From positions 4,119 to 68,118 of the forward strand of contig DBGCYC010000052.1 in NCBI GenBank assembly GCA_048390825.1: a stretch of 64,000 nt of DNA. The letters are read 5' to 3'. A program made the translations under genes and the position numbers. The notes beneath the pieces are model-generated. The model ran no database searches. It worked only from the letters and a program-made list of their open reading frames with translations, and was not told the origin of the DNA. The DNA is from Candidatus Merdousia sp. GTDB lineage: Bacteria > Verrucomicrobiota > Verrucomicrobiia > Opitutales > Intestinicryptomonadaceae. Below, one piece after another: positions 22,748-32,850 of the stretch. Each line of letters begins with the position of its first letter. The stretch's first letter is position 1.

Positions 22748-23881
22748 TTACAGGAGCTCCACGGCCACCGAATCCGCAACGAGCCTCCCGGCGCGCGTCA
22801 GGCGCAGCCTGTCGCCCGACGCTTCGAGCAGGCCGAGGCTTTCGAGGAACTTCACGCTCTCTTCCCTCCCGCCGAAGTCGGCTTTCGGAAAGCGGGACCG
22901 CAAGACGGACAAGTCAACCCCGTCGTTCATGCGCAGGCCGAATACGAGCGCGCTCGAAAACATTTCCCCGTCGTCGAGCTCTACGACGTCCTCGTAGGCC
23001 GGCGCGGAATTTTCGATTCCCAGCCTCCACTTTTTCAGGTTTGGCGCGTTGCGCCTGCGGAACCCCCCGAACTGAGAGGCCGCGGAGGGGCCTACGCCCG
23101 CCCACTGCGCCATGTGCCACGTCGACAGGTTGTGAAGGCACTCGCCGCCCTCCCGCGCGTAATTCGATATTTCGTACTGCCTGAATCCGAGCGCGGGGAG
23201 ATAGTCCATGGCGATTTCAAAAAAACCGGCCTCCCTCTCCCGCTTCCCGATTTCGTCCGCCCCCAACACCCCGCAGCAGCACGAAGTCCCGCTTTCAAAT
23301 TCGAGGCAGTAGGCGCTTATGTGGTTTACTGGGCATTCCGCGGCGCGGCGCAGGTCGTCCCTCCACTGTTTTTCCGTCTGCCCCTTCGCGCCGAAAATCA
23401 GGTCTATCGAAAAGTTTTTGAAACCGGCCTCGGCCACGGCGTCTATCGCTTCCAGCGTATCCCGCAGGGAATGCGCCCTTCCGAGGGAGCGCAGGACGCC
23501 CTCGTCAAAGCTCTGCACCCCGAGCGAAATCCGCGTGACGCCGATTCTTTTCAGGGTTTCGAGCTTTCCGCGCTCAGCCGAGGACGGGGAGACTTCGACG
23601 GTCCATTCGCGCTCCGGGCGGAACCTTCCGAGCGCCTCGGCGAGCCTTTCCATCTCGCCCTCCGGGAGCGACGACGGGGTTCCTCCGCCCCAGAACATCG
23701 TATCGACCTTTTCCGGAACGCCCTCGCGGGCGAGCGATTCGGCTTCAATCGCGCAGGCTTTGACGTATTCCGCGATGTCCTCCGCCCCCGGGCGCAGCTT
23801 GTAGAAGCGGCAGTATCCGCACGGCTTCGAGCAGAACGGGACGTGCGCGTAAATTCCGAAATTCTCGAAAATGGCTTGCAT
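22748..23881 (-). CDS. hemW: Radical SAM heme chaperone HemW (HemN-like)
   Basis: YAHVPFC..PC.YC.F, GGGTPS, RISLGVQSF, YEISNY, HN..W. Confidence 0.88.
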   Translation of the reverse strand: MQAIFENFGIYAHVPFCSKPCGYCRFYKLRPGAEDIAEYVKACAIEAESLAREGVPEKVDTMFWGGGTPSSLPEGEMERLAEALGRFRPEREWTVEVSPSSAERGKLETLKRIGVTRISLGVQSFDEGVLRSLGRAHSLRDTLEAIDAVAEAGFKNFSIDLIFGAKGQTEKQWRDDLRRAAECPVNHISAYCLEFESGTSCCCGVLGADEIGKREREAGFFEIAMDYLPALGFRQYEISNYAREGGECLHNLSTWHMAQWAGVGPSAASQFGGFRRRNAPNLKKWRLGIENSAPAYEDVVELDDGEMFSSALVFGLRMNDGVDLSVLRSRFPKADFGGREESVKFLESLGLLEASGDRLRLTRAGRLVADSVAVELL

Positions 23882-23933
23882 GGCGGGCGTTATTATTTAA
23901 TAAAATCAACGCAATAAAACAAAACGGATCAAT

Positions 23934-24986
23934 ATGGCAAAAAAATTATTACTCGTCCTTTCCGCGGCGGCCCTGCTGCTCTCCGGATGCGCGGGGCTCA
24001 CAAACCTCACGCCCGAAAAGATGCCCGAAAATTCCTCCGGGCTCTACACCCTCAGCATGAGCGCGCACATAAACGACGGCTCCATAGTACCCGGCTCAAT
24101 CGAGCCTTTCATCGTAATCGACGAAAAGACCATTCCGATGAAGACCGTCAAAAACCTTGAAAACGAGCGCATTTACGAGTACGACTACCGCCTGCCAAAG
24201 GGCAGAAAGGACGCGAAGTACTACTTCACCCTGAAATACAAGGTGAAAAACACGGTAGAGGAGGACGAACAGGAGCGCACCATCACAAGCCCCACCGTAT
24301 ACACGCTCGAGCCCGTCCGCAGGTATGTCGTCACGCTCCAGAGCGAGAGGGGGCCGGTGGGCACCGTCGTGCCCGTGCTCGGCAGGGGCTTTGACAAGCT
24401 CGATAAAATCGTCATAGGCGGCGTTCCCGCGGACACCGAATACGTTTCCAGGGCGACGGTGAACTTCACCGTCCCGCCGCTGAAGTCCGGCGAGGACTAC
24501 GAGGTCGGCCTCGTAGGTTCCGACGGCGAAATGTGGATAGGCCAGTTCAGGGTGGATCCCGCGGAAATGCAGGTTTCCCCCGGGAAAATCGACATCAAAA
24601 GCGGCGAAATCGTGAACGTGATTTTCGGGATAGGATTTACGGCCCCCGAGGGAGGCTATCCGATAGACGTTAAAACCAACATTCCGAGTTCCGTCATAAT
24701 GGACGAGGCCGTCGTCCCCGAGGGGCGCTCGAGCGTAAGCGTAGCGCTCAAGGGAGGCGCGGAGGGCGAGGGTTTCCTCTACATTCAGGGAGTCGGGTTC
24801 GACGAGGTGAAAATCCCCGTATCCGTCAAGCCCTCGGAGCCGAAGGACGAGCTCCTCTCGGGCGTCGCGGAGGCCGTAAACGAGATCGACTCCGCGGAAG
24901 GCGCGGGTTCCTCCGGCGGGGAAAACGCCCCCGGCGGCGGCGAAAAAAACGAAACATCAAAGACGGAAGCGCCCGCCGAAAAATAG
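23934..24986 (+). CDS. Lipoprotein with IPT/TIG-like domain
   Basis: Lipobox LLLSGC; RGPVGTVV.VLGRGF IPT-like segment. Confidence 0.7.
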   Translation: MAKKLLLVLSAAALLLSGCAGLTNLTPEKMPENSSGLYTLSMSAHINDGSIVPGSIEPFIVIDEKTIPMKTVKNLENERIYEYDYRLPKGRKDAKYYFTLKYKVKNTVEEDEQERTITSPTVYTLEPVRRYVVTLQSERGPVGTVVPVLGRGFDKLDKIVIGGVPADTEYVSRATVNFTVPPLKSGEDYEVGLVGSDGEMWIGQFRVDPAEMQVSPGKIDIKSGEIVNVIFGIGFTAPEGGYPIDVKTNIPSSVIMDEAVVPEGRSSVSVALKGGAEGEGFLYIQGVGFDEVKIPVSVKPSEPKDELLSGVAEAVNEIDSAEGAGSSGGENAPGGGEKNETSKTEAPAEK

Positions 24987-25017
24987 CGCGCCGTTTCAAC
25001 TTTGCAAAGGCCGGTTT

Positions 25018-25869
25018 ATGAAATCCAAAAAGGCAGCCGAATTGAAAAAGTTTCCGGAAACCGCGGCCGAAAAAAGCTGCGACCAGCCCATAGAATGCGC
25101 TTTCGAGGGTATGTCGGAACGCCTCATGCGCATACAGCGCGACCTCCTGATGCCCGCGTTCATATTCGAGCAGGAGAAAATCCAGAACACCATAACCTTT
25201 TTCGGGGCCTCCCGCATAAAGCCGGAAGATGTCGCGCAAAAGGAGCTTGAGGCCGCAAAAAAACGCTCCGGCTCGAAGGGCGGGCTGGAAGCCGCGAAAA
25301 TGGCGTGCGAAATGTCCAAGTACTACACCGCCGCCGAGGAGCTCGCGCGCAGGCTGCAGGAGTGGTCCAACTGCCTCGACCTCCCCGAAGACGAGAAATT
25401 TTACATAATGACGGGCGGCGGCCCCGGAATCATGGAGGCCGCAAACAAGGGCGCGTACAAGGCGGGCGGAACCCCCGTGGGCGCCACCATTGTGATTCCC
25501 GACGAGCAGAAGCGCAACAAGTATCTCGACAGGGGCGTCTGGATAAACTTCAACTATTTTCTCATGCGCAAATTCTGGCTGCTGTTTTTTGCGAAGGCGC
25601 TCGTCGTCTTCCCCGGCGGCACCGGAACTTTTGACGAGTTTTTCGAGGTCTTTACGCTCATGAAGACGCGCAAAACGCGCTCGTACATTCCGACGGTGCT
25701 CTTCGGCAAAAAATTCTGGGAAAACGCGGTGGATTTCAACTGGCTCGTAAAGACCGACGTCATAACGAAGTCCGACCTCGAATTTTTCGAGTACGCCGAA
25801 ACAGTGGAGGAGGCCTACAACATCGTCACCTCCAAGCTCGAAAAGATGATGAACCTGCGCAAAATGTAG
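25018..25869 (+). CDS. LOG family (Rossmann) protein
   Basis: FFGASR, TGGGPGIMEAANKGA, F.MRK, PGG.GT.DE. Confidence 0.9.
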   Translation: MKSKKAAELKKFPETAAEKSCDQPIECAFEGMSERLMRIQRDLLMPAFIFEQEKIQNTITFFGASRIKPEDVAQKELEAAKKRSGSKGGLEAAKMACEMSKYYTAAEELARRLQEWSNCLDLPEDEKFYIMTGGGPGIMEAANKGAYKAGGTPVGATIVIPDEQKRNKYLDRGVWINFNYFLMRKFWLLFFAKALVVFPGGTGTFDEFFEVFTLMKTRKTRSYIPTVLFGKKFWENAVDFNWLVKTDVITKSDLEFFEYAETVEEAYNIVTSKLEKMMNLRKM

Positions 25870-25981
25870 GGCGGGGCTCCCGGCCCGGAACGCGGCCGCG
25901 CGCCGCGTTTTTTTGTCCTTTTTCGGCGAAAACGTTTGATATGGCGGCGAAATCCGGAATAATCGCGCCCGGCATTCTTTT

Positions 25982-27094
25982 ATGAAACTATTGGACAGAT
26001 ACGTCTTTTGCGAATGGCTGAAAATTTTCGTCGTCGCCATAGGCGTCACGCTCGGGATTCTCGTGCTGCACGACATGTACAACAATCTCGGCAAGCTCAT
26101 AAACTGGGGCGCGGAAACGGGGCAGATTCTCCTCTTTTACGCCCTGCTGGTTCCAACCCTCGTGCCGATAGTCCTCCCGATAAGCCTGCTGCTTTCGCTC
26201 ATATACGCGCTCGGATCCCTCCACCGCAACAACGAAATCACCGCCATGCGCGCGGCGGGCCTGAACGTCTTCGCCATAACGCGCTCGCTGTGGCTCGCGG
26301 GGGCGCTGCTCGCGGGGGCGCTGCTGTGGCTCAACGCGCACACCATTCCCGTCTGCAAGGAAAATTCCCGCCTGCTCTACGACAGCATCAGGTTCGCCGA
26401 GCAGATGCGCACCGCCGAGCTCTCGGAGGTTGGGAGGGTCAACGCCCTGTGCTTCAACAACAGGAAGGACGGCAGGCTCTGGTTCATGAACTCGTTCAGC
26501 CAGGCCACGAACCGCGCGCGCGGGGCGACCGTCTCCACCATCGACCCGCAGGGGCGCGAAATTTCGCGCGTGATGGCGCGCGAGGGCGTCTACGACGACG
26601 TCGACAACTGCTGGTTTTTTCTCGACGGCCAGCGCATAGACTTCGACCCCGCCACCCACAGGGCGGTCAGGGCGGTCGGCTTTGACAAGAGGTATTTCAG
26701 GGATTTCGACGAAAAGCCTCAGATAATGGTTTTGTCCATGCGCCGCCCGAAGGATCTCTCGCTTTTTGAGACCAGAACGCTGATAGAGTCTATGGGCAGC
26801 GCGGACGCCCCGGAGGCCGTCCCGTACCTCGTGAGGTCGTATTCGATATGGTTCAGCCCGTTCGCGTGCATAATAGTGGTGGCCATAGCCATTCCGTTCT
26901 CCGTGGCGGGCGTGCGGACCAACCCGATGGTGGGCGTCTCGAAGACGGTGGGGCTGTTTTTCGTGTACTTCGTGCTCGACAGCGCGCTGGGCGCGGTGGG
27001 CGGAAGGGGTATAATCCCGCCCCTGTGGGCGGCGGCGATCCCGAACATCGCCATGCTGCTGTTTGCGCTATCGCTTTACAGGAAGGTTGTTTGA
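25982..27094 (+). CDS. LptF/LptG family LPS export permease
   Basis: LLDRY, LP.SLL, NEITAMRAAG, terminal P.WAA.IPN; 3+3 TM layout. Confidence 0.88.
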   Translation: MKLLDRYVFCEWLKIFVVAIGVTLGILVLHDMYNNLGKLINWGAETGQILLFYALLVPTLVPIVLPISLLLSLIYALGSLHRNNEITAMRAAGLNVFAITRSLWLAGALLAGALLWLNAHTIPVCKENSRLLYDSIRFAEQMRTAELSEVGRVNALCFNNRKDGRLWFMNSFSQATNRARGATVSTIDPQGREISRVMAREGVYDDVDNCWFFLDGQRIDFDPATHRAVRAVGFDKRYFRDFDEKPQIMVLSMRRPKDLSLFETRTLIESMGSADAPEAVPYLVRSYSIWFSPFACIIVVAIAIPFSVAGVRTNPMVGVSKTVGLFFVYFVLDSALGAVGGRGIIPPLWAAAIPNIAMLLFALSLYRKVV

Positions 27095-27095
27095 T

Positions 27096-28391
27096 ATGGT
27101 ATCCGGCAAAAAATTAAAGGTGTTGATTGTGGGAAGCGGCGGCCGCGAGCACGCGCTCGTACTGGCCGCGAAGCGTTCCCCCATGCTCGAAAGGCTCGTG
27201 TGCGCGCCCGGCAACGGCGGCATAGAGCGCGACTGCGAGGTCGTCCAGATCCCCGCGGAGGACGTTTCGGCCGTCGTGAAATTCGCGGGGGGAAACGGAT
27301 TCGACTTCGTAATCTGCGGCCCGGAGGTGCCGCTGTCCCTCGGGCTCGGAGACGCGCTAAGGGCGGCGGGAATCCCCGTCTACGGCCCGTCGAAGGCCGG
27401 CGCGCTTCTCGAGGCGAGCAAGGCCCACTCCAAAAATTTTCTGAAAAAGTATTCGATCCCCACCGCCGAGGGCCGCAGCTTTACGGACGCGGCGCAGGCA
27501 GAAGCGTACATAATGTCCGCCCCGTTCGACGCCGTCATAAAGGCGAGCGGACTTGCGGCGGGCAAGGGTGTGGTGATACCCTCCTCGCGCGAAGAGGCCG
27601 CGGCCGTCGCAAGGGAGATGCTTGAAGGCGGCGCCTTCGGCGAGAGCGGCAGGGAAATCGTCGTCGAGGAAAAGATGGACGGCGAAGAGGCGAGCATAAT
27701 GCTCGTGGTCTCCGGGGAAAAATACGTTATGCTGCCCGCCAGCCAGGATCACAAGCGCGTCGGCGAAGGCGATACCGGCCCTAACACGGGCGGAATGGGG
27801 GCCTACGCCCCCGCGGCTGTGGCGACCCCCGCCGTCCTGGAAGCCGTGCGCAAAAACATAGTGGAGCCCACTCTCGCGGGGCTTGCCAAAGAGGGGGTTG
27901 ACTACCGCGGGACGCTCTACGTCGGCATAATGATAACCGAAAACGGCCCGAAAGTCGTCGAGTTCAACGTGCGCTTCGGCGACCCGGAATGCCAGGTATT
28001 GATGCCGCTTCTCGAGAGCGACCCGCTCGAGCTCATGTACGACGCCGCGTGCGGAAGGCTCGACCCGTCCAAAGTTAAAATTGCTGACGGATTCGCGGCG
28101 GTGGTGGTGATGTGCGCGCGCGGATACCCCGGGAAATACGCAAAGGGCGACGAAATTTCCCTGCCCGAAAGCGTTCCCGCGGGCTCCCAGATAATCCATG
28201 CGGGTACGAGGCGCGAGGGCGGTAAAATCCTTACGGCGGGCGGAAGGGTGCTGGGGCTCTCGGGCTTCGGGAAGACGCTCGAAGAGGCGCTCGCCCGCGC
28301 CTACGCGCTCGCCGATTCCGTAAAGTTCGACGGCGGTTTCTTCCGCAGGGACATCGCCCACAGGGAGCTCGAGAGGCGCGCAACTAAATAG
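27096..28391 (+). CDS. purD: Phosphoribosylamine-glycine ligase
   Basis: GSGGREHAL, GPEVPL, KASGLAAGKGV, QDHKR..EGDTGPNTGGMGAY, EFNVRFGDPE, GGRVL. Confidence 0.96.
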   Translation: MVSGKKLKVLIVGSGGREHALVLAAKRSPMLERLVCAPGNGGIERDCEVVQIPAEDVSAVVKFAGGNGFDFVICGPEVPLSLGLGDALRAAGIPVYGPSKAGALLEASKAHSKNFLKKYSIPTAEGRSFTDAAQAEAYIMSAPFDAVIKASGLAAGKGVVIPSSREEAAAVAREMLEGGAFGESGREIVVEEKMDGEEASIMLVVSGEKYVMLPASQDHKRVGEGDTGPNTGGMGAYAPAAVATPAVLEAVRKNIVEPTLAGLAKEGVDYRGTLYVGIMITENGPKVVEFNVRFGDPECQVLMPLLESDPLELMYDAACGRLDPSKVKIADGFAAVVVMCARGYPGKYAKGDEISLPESVPAGSQIIHAGTRREGGKILTAGGRVLGLSGFGKTLEEALARAYALADSVKFDGGFFRRDIAHRELERRATK

Positions 28392-29210
28392 CGCTTCGCC
28401 GGAGGCGGGCGGCCGCAGACAGCCGCCGCCCGCGCTCTCTGCCGTCATGGGCGGAAGGGCGCAATTTTCCCCTGGAAAGCCTTTGACGGATTTCGCGCGT
28501 TTGCCGAATTTTGCGCGTCCGAATCCGGGAAGGTTGACTCCGCGCTCCCGCGGTTTTGCGCGGATTTCCCATACGGCGGGCCCGCCTGCGCGGCGGCTTT
28601 TTTCCCTTTCGTACGATCTCGCCGGCGGCGGAAATTCCGCTCGCCATGTATCGCATCGCAGGATTTGAGGAGAAAAATCTAACACTTGAGGGAAACGCCC
28701 ATTTTTGGAGACTTTCTAAAGGGTGTTGCAGGAGACGTTTGGGGATATGCAACCCATTTTGAAAGTGATAGCCAACGCGGCGGGAGTACATTATTTGCAG
28801 GCGTTTCCTTGACGCGCAGATAGCAGGCGCCGTTGTCGGCGTCGTAGGAAATCGGCCGGCATAAATGAACTGTTCGCTCACCGCCTTTTTGGGCTTCCAT
28901 TGGCGCGGCGCGACTCACCGTCTTGCCGACATATACTCTACGCCCGTATGCCCGCCTACAATCTCTCTATTCCTTGCAACTTTCGGCGAGTCCCCAACCC
29001 TTTTGAATAAAATCAGCCCGCTTGCGGGCGGACTTTTGGGGCGCCTTTTATCCGTCGCGGAAGCCTGCCCTTATGGCGTCGAAATAGGGCGGGGTTCGCC
29101 GTCATTTTGACAGTCTTGTGTCTTGACTCTTGACGCATTGGCCGTTTTTTTGCAATCTGTATGTCAATCGCAACGTCAATCGTATCTAACATATGGAAAT
29201 AGGGGAAATA

Positions 29211-30614
29211 ATGAAAAAATTGGCACTGTTTGCCGCTCTGCCGGCGCTTTTGTGTTCGTGCGCTTCGGGAACTTTCGAGGCGCAAAAAAAATTTGAGGAA
29301 AACGCGGGGATATTTCAGAATCCCGGGCAGGGGTGGCTGCGCTTCGGAAGTTCCCTGAAAGGCTCGCGGAACTCCGTCAATTTCGGCGCCGGATACGAGC
29401 GCTACACGTGGGCGGCGTTAAACCCCGAAGAGGGCGTCTACGACTGGAGGCGCATAGACCGCGCGCTGGAAAATTTCTCCCGCGAGGGGCTGCCTTTCTA
29501 TTTCCGCATAATGTGCGTCAACACTTCCGGCTATCCGCCGTTCTACCAGACGCCGAAATGGGTGTTCGACAAGGGCGCAAAATATACGGTTCACGAAATG
29601 CAAAAGGAGCCGGGCAAGAGCAAAAGCCATCCCGACGGAAAGGTCAAAATCGCGGTTCCCGAGTTTGGGGATCCGGTTTTCATGGACGCGCACGAAAAGT
29701 TTGTAAAGGCCCTCGCCGCGCGCTACGACGGCGACCCGAGGCTCGGCGGGCTCGACCTCGGCAGCTACGGCAACTGGGGCGAGTGGCACTGCACGAGCCT
29801 CGGGCTTAAAAAGCCCGACGTGCGCCCGCACTCCCTGGAAATCCGCAGAAGGTACGCCGACATGTACCTCAAAAACTTTAAAAAGACCCCGCTAATATTC
29901 ATGACCGACGACCATGAGACGCTCGAGTACGCGCTGGGGAAGGGCGAAAAGCCGCGCGTCGGGATAAGGCGCGACGGCGTGGGCTCGCCCTCGCACTTCA
30001 AGCGGTGGATAGGCAGGCCGCCCTACGAAAATATAACCGGCATGGGCGAAATATGGAAGCATATGCCCGCGATTTTTGAATTTTACGGCAGCGTAGATTC
30101 GATGCGCGGCAAGGGCTGGGATATCCCCTATTCCCTCGGGTGGGTTCTCGAAAACCACGCGTGCCTCGTGAACGAGGGGCCGCTGTCTCCGAGCCAGATA
30201 GCCGCAGGCTCCGGCGAGGAAAAGCTTCTGAGGGAAATCGACCTGCGCGCGGGCGCCCGGCTCGTCCCCCTGTCCGCAGACGTGTCGTACGCGGACGGAA
30301 ATCTGAAAATCCGCATTGAGGGGGAAAACAAAGGCGCGTCGAAAATCTACCTGCCGTACGAATTCGTCTACGTTCTGCGCGGAGAATCGGGCGATGCGGT
30401 AGCCGAAAAAGTTTCCGCGCGCGACCCCCGCAAGATCCTGCCGGGCAAATTTGAACTTTCGGACACTTTTGAAATCCCGCTCGAAAGGGGAAGGGAGTAT
30501 TCGCTTTCCCTCCGTGTCCGCCACTCTCCCGGGGTGCTCGGGGACTTCCGCTTTGCCGCCAAAAACCTCAACCCTGACAGTTCGCTCGACCTCGGCAAAA
30601 TTTCGGTAAAATAA
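29211..30614 (+). CDS. Lipoprotein glycoside hydrolase-like protein (DUF4832/GH42-like TIM barrel), paralogue 1
   Basis: Lipobox LLCSC; NPGQG, RY.W..LNPEEG.YDW, YDGDPR, G.YG.WGEWH, G.RRDG. Confidence 0.7.
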   Translation: MKKLALFAALPALLCSCASGTFEAQKKFEENAGIFQNPGQGWLRFGSSLKGSRNSVNFGAGYERYTWAALNPEEGVYDWRRIDRALENFSREGLPFYFRIMCVNTSGYPPFYQTPKWVFDKGAKYTVHEMQKEPGKSKSHPDGKVKIAVPEFGDPVFMDAHEKFVKALAARYDGDPRLGGLDLGSYGNWGEWHCTSLGLKKPDVRPHSLEIRRRYADMYLKNFKKTPLIFMTDDHETLEYALGKGEKPRVGIRRDGVGSPSHFKRWIGRPPYENITGMGEIWKHMPAIFEFYGSVDSMRGKGWDIPYSLGWVLENHACLVNEGPLSPSQIAAGSGEEKLLREIDLRAGARLVPLSADVSYADGNLKIRIEGENKGASKIYLPYEFVYVLRGESGDAVAEKVSARDPRKILPGKFELSDTFEIPLERGREYSLSLRVRHSPGVLGDFRFAAKNLNPDSSLDLGKISVK

Positions 30615-30623
30615 TCCGCAAAA

Positions 30624-31991
30624 ATGAAAAGACTGCTGACAACGTTTGCGTTCCTCGGCGCGTTCGGCGCGGCATACGCCTCCGAAATAAAATTCGAGGA
30701 AAACCCCGGCATATTCCAGAATCCAGGGCAGGGGTTCTCCTGCTACTCTCTTTGGTTCAACCCCAAGACGGGGGTCAACTACGGAGCGGGCTACACGAGG
30801 TTCGAGTGGGCGGATTTGCAGCCCGCCGAGGGCGAGTACAACTGGGCTCCGATAGACAGGGCTCTGGAGTTTTTCTCCCGGAACGGGTTGCCGTTCTATT
30901 TCCGCATAATGTGCACGAACTACCACGGCGGGAAAAAATATTCCACCCCAGAATGGGTTTTCCAAAAGGGCGCCAAATGGCACGAATTCGAGGGAATGGA
31001 GTACAAAACCCCGGACGGCGGGAAATCGAAAACGCACGTCTCGGCGTATTTCGACGACCCGATTTTCGTCGAGGAGCATGAAAAATTCATAAAGGCGCTG
31101 GCGGAGCGCTACGACGGCGATCCGCGGCTCGGCGGGCTCGACCTCGGAAGTTTCGGCAACTGGGGCGAGTGGCACTGCACGTCCATCGGGCTCAAAAACC
31201 CCAACATGTATTCTTTCGACCTCCGCAAGAAATACGCGGACATGTACCTGCAAAACTTTAAAAAGACCGACATCTTTTTCATGACCGACGACCACCAGGT
31301 TCTCGAATACGCGCTCGGCAGGCGCAAAAAGCCGCGCGTGGGGCTGCGGCGCGACGGGGTGGGTTCGCCGTGGCATTTCAACCGCTGGATAGGCAGGCCG
31401 CCCTACGACAAAATCGCCCGCATGGGCGACGTCTGGAAAGACAAGCCGGTTTTCTTCGAGTTTTTCGGGGACGTTAATTCTCTGCACAAAAACGGCTGGG
31501 ACATAATTTTTTCCTGCGACTGGATTTTGGAAAACCACGCCTGCCTCGTCAACGAAATCCCCTTCCACCCGTGGCAGATAACCGACCCGAAGGAGAGGGC
31601 GGCCGTAGACAAGGTTTGCAAATACGCCGGCGCCCGGCTCGTTCCGGAGTCGGCGGATGTGTCTTATTCGGACGGGAAGCTCGATGTGACGGTGAGGGGC
31701 GAGAACAGGGGGGCGTCGCGCATATACCTGCCGTACAGAATGAGGTACGAGCTGCGCGACTCTTCCGGGAAGGTTGTTTTCGACATGCTCTCCTCGCAGG
31801 ATCCCCGCAAAATCCTGCCGGGCAAGTTCGGGTTTTCCGACTCCGCGCGGGTATCCCTCAAACCCGGGGAAACCTATTCGCTCTCGTTGCGGGTGTTCCA
31901 CACCAAAAAGGTTTTCCGCGACTTCCGCTTCGCCGTCAAAAACCTCAACCCTGACGGCTCCCTCGACCTCGGCAAAATTTCGGTGAAATAG
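30624..31991 (+). CDS. Secreted glycoside hydrolase-like protein (DUF4832/GH42-like), paralogue 2
   Basis: Sec signal; same motifs as the upstream gene, colinear to the C-terminal KNLNPD.SLDLGKISVK. Confidence 0.7.
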   Translation: MKRLLTTFAFLGAFGAAYASEIKFEENPGIFQNPGQGFSCYSLWFNPKTGVNYGAGYTRFEWADLQPAEGEYNWAPIDRALEFFSRNGLPFYFRIMCTNYHGGKKYSTPEWVFQKGAKWHEFEGMEYKTPDGGKSKTHVSAYFDDPIFVEEHEKFIKALAERYDGDPRLGGLDLGSFGNWGEWHCTSIGLKNPNMYSFDLRKKYADMYLQNFKKTDIFFMTDDHQVLEYALGRRKKPRVGLRRDGVGSPWHFNRWIGRPPYDKIARMGDVWKDKPVFFEFFGDVNSLHKNGWDIIFSCDWILENHACLVNEIPFHPWQITDPKERAAVDKVCKYAGARLVPESADVSYSDGKLDVTVRGENRGASRIYLPYRMRYELRDSSGKVVFDMLSSQDPRKILPGKFGFSDSARVSLKPGETYSLSLRVFHTKKVFRDFRFAVKNLNPDGSLDLGKISVK

Positions 31992-32133
31992 CGCGCAAAA
32001 CGCCGCCTTCGCCGCCGCGGATTATCCCCGTCCGCGCGGCGTTTTTTTTGACAAAAACGCTTGCATGGCGCGCCGTTGAATGAGATTTTAAGAAAGTTTT
32101 TTTACGCAACAAACAACAATAAATTACTACGAT

Positions 32134-32841
32134 ATGAGTTGTCCAAACCACAATTGCTCGCACGAAGTGCAACAGATGTGCTGCGTGGCGAAAGGCGCCA
32201 AACACGGCCCCGCGCCCATTCCCGAAGAGGGAAAATGGGTGAAGGCCACCCAAATCGGCGACATCAGCGGCCTCACGCACGGCGTAGGCTGGTGCGCTCC
32301 CCAGCAGGGGGCCTGCAAGCTCACGCTCAACGTCAAGGGCGGCGTCATTGAAGAGGCCCTCGTGGAAACCATCGGGTGCTCCGGCATGACGCATTCGGCC
32401 GCCATGGCCGCCGAAATCCTCCCCGGAAAGACCGTCCTCGAAGCCGTCAACTCCGACCTCGTCTGCGACGCCATCAACGTCGCCATGCGCGAACTCTTCC
32501 TGCAAATCGTCTACGGGCGCACGCAGACGGCGTTCTCCGAAAACGGCCTGCCCATCGGCGCCGGCCTCGAGGACCTCGGCAAGGGCCTGCGCTCGCAGGT
32601 CGGCACAATGTACTCGACGAAAATCAAGGGCCCCCGCTACCTCGAAATGGCGGAAGGGTACGTCCTTGAAGAGGGGATCGACAAAAACGGCGAAGTCATC
32701 GGCTACAAGACTGTGCACCTCGGCAAGATGCTCGAGCAGATCCGCAACGGAGCGGATCCCAAGGAAGCCTTCGAGAAGAACGTCTCCGTCAAGGGACGCT
32801 TCGAGGACGCAGTAAAAGTCATCGACCCGCGCAAAGAATAG
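32134..32841 (+). CDS. NifU/IscU-like partner of GGGtGRT protein
   Basis: THGVGWCAPQQGACKLTLNVK, ETIGCSGMTHSA, LVCDAIN; conserved gene pair. Confidence 0.85.
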   Translation: MSCPNHNCSHEVQQMCCVAKGAKHGPAPIPEEGKWVKATQIGDISGLTHGVGWCAPQQGACKLTLNVKGGVIEEALVETIGCSGMTHSAAMAAEILPGKTVLEAVNSDLVCDAINVAMRELFLQIVYGRTQTAFSENGLPIGAGLEDLGKGLRSQVGTMYSTKIKGPRYLEMAEGYVLEEGIDKNGEVIGYKTVHLGKMLEQIRNGADPKEAFEKNVSVKGRFEDAVKVIDPRKE

Positions 32842-32850
32842 GAGGCTGAC

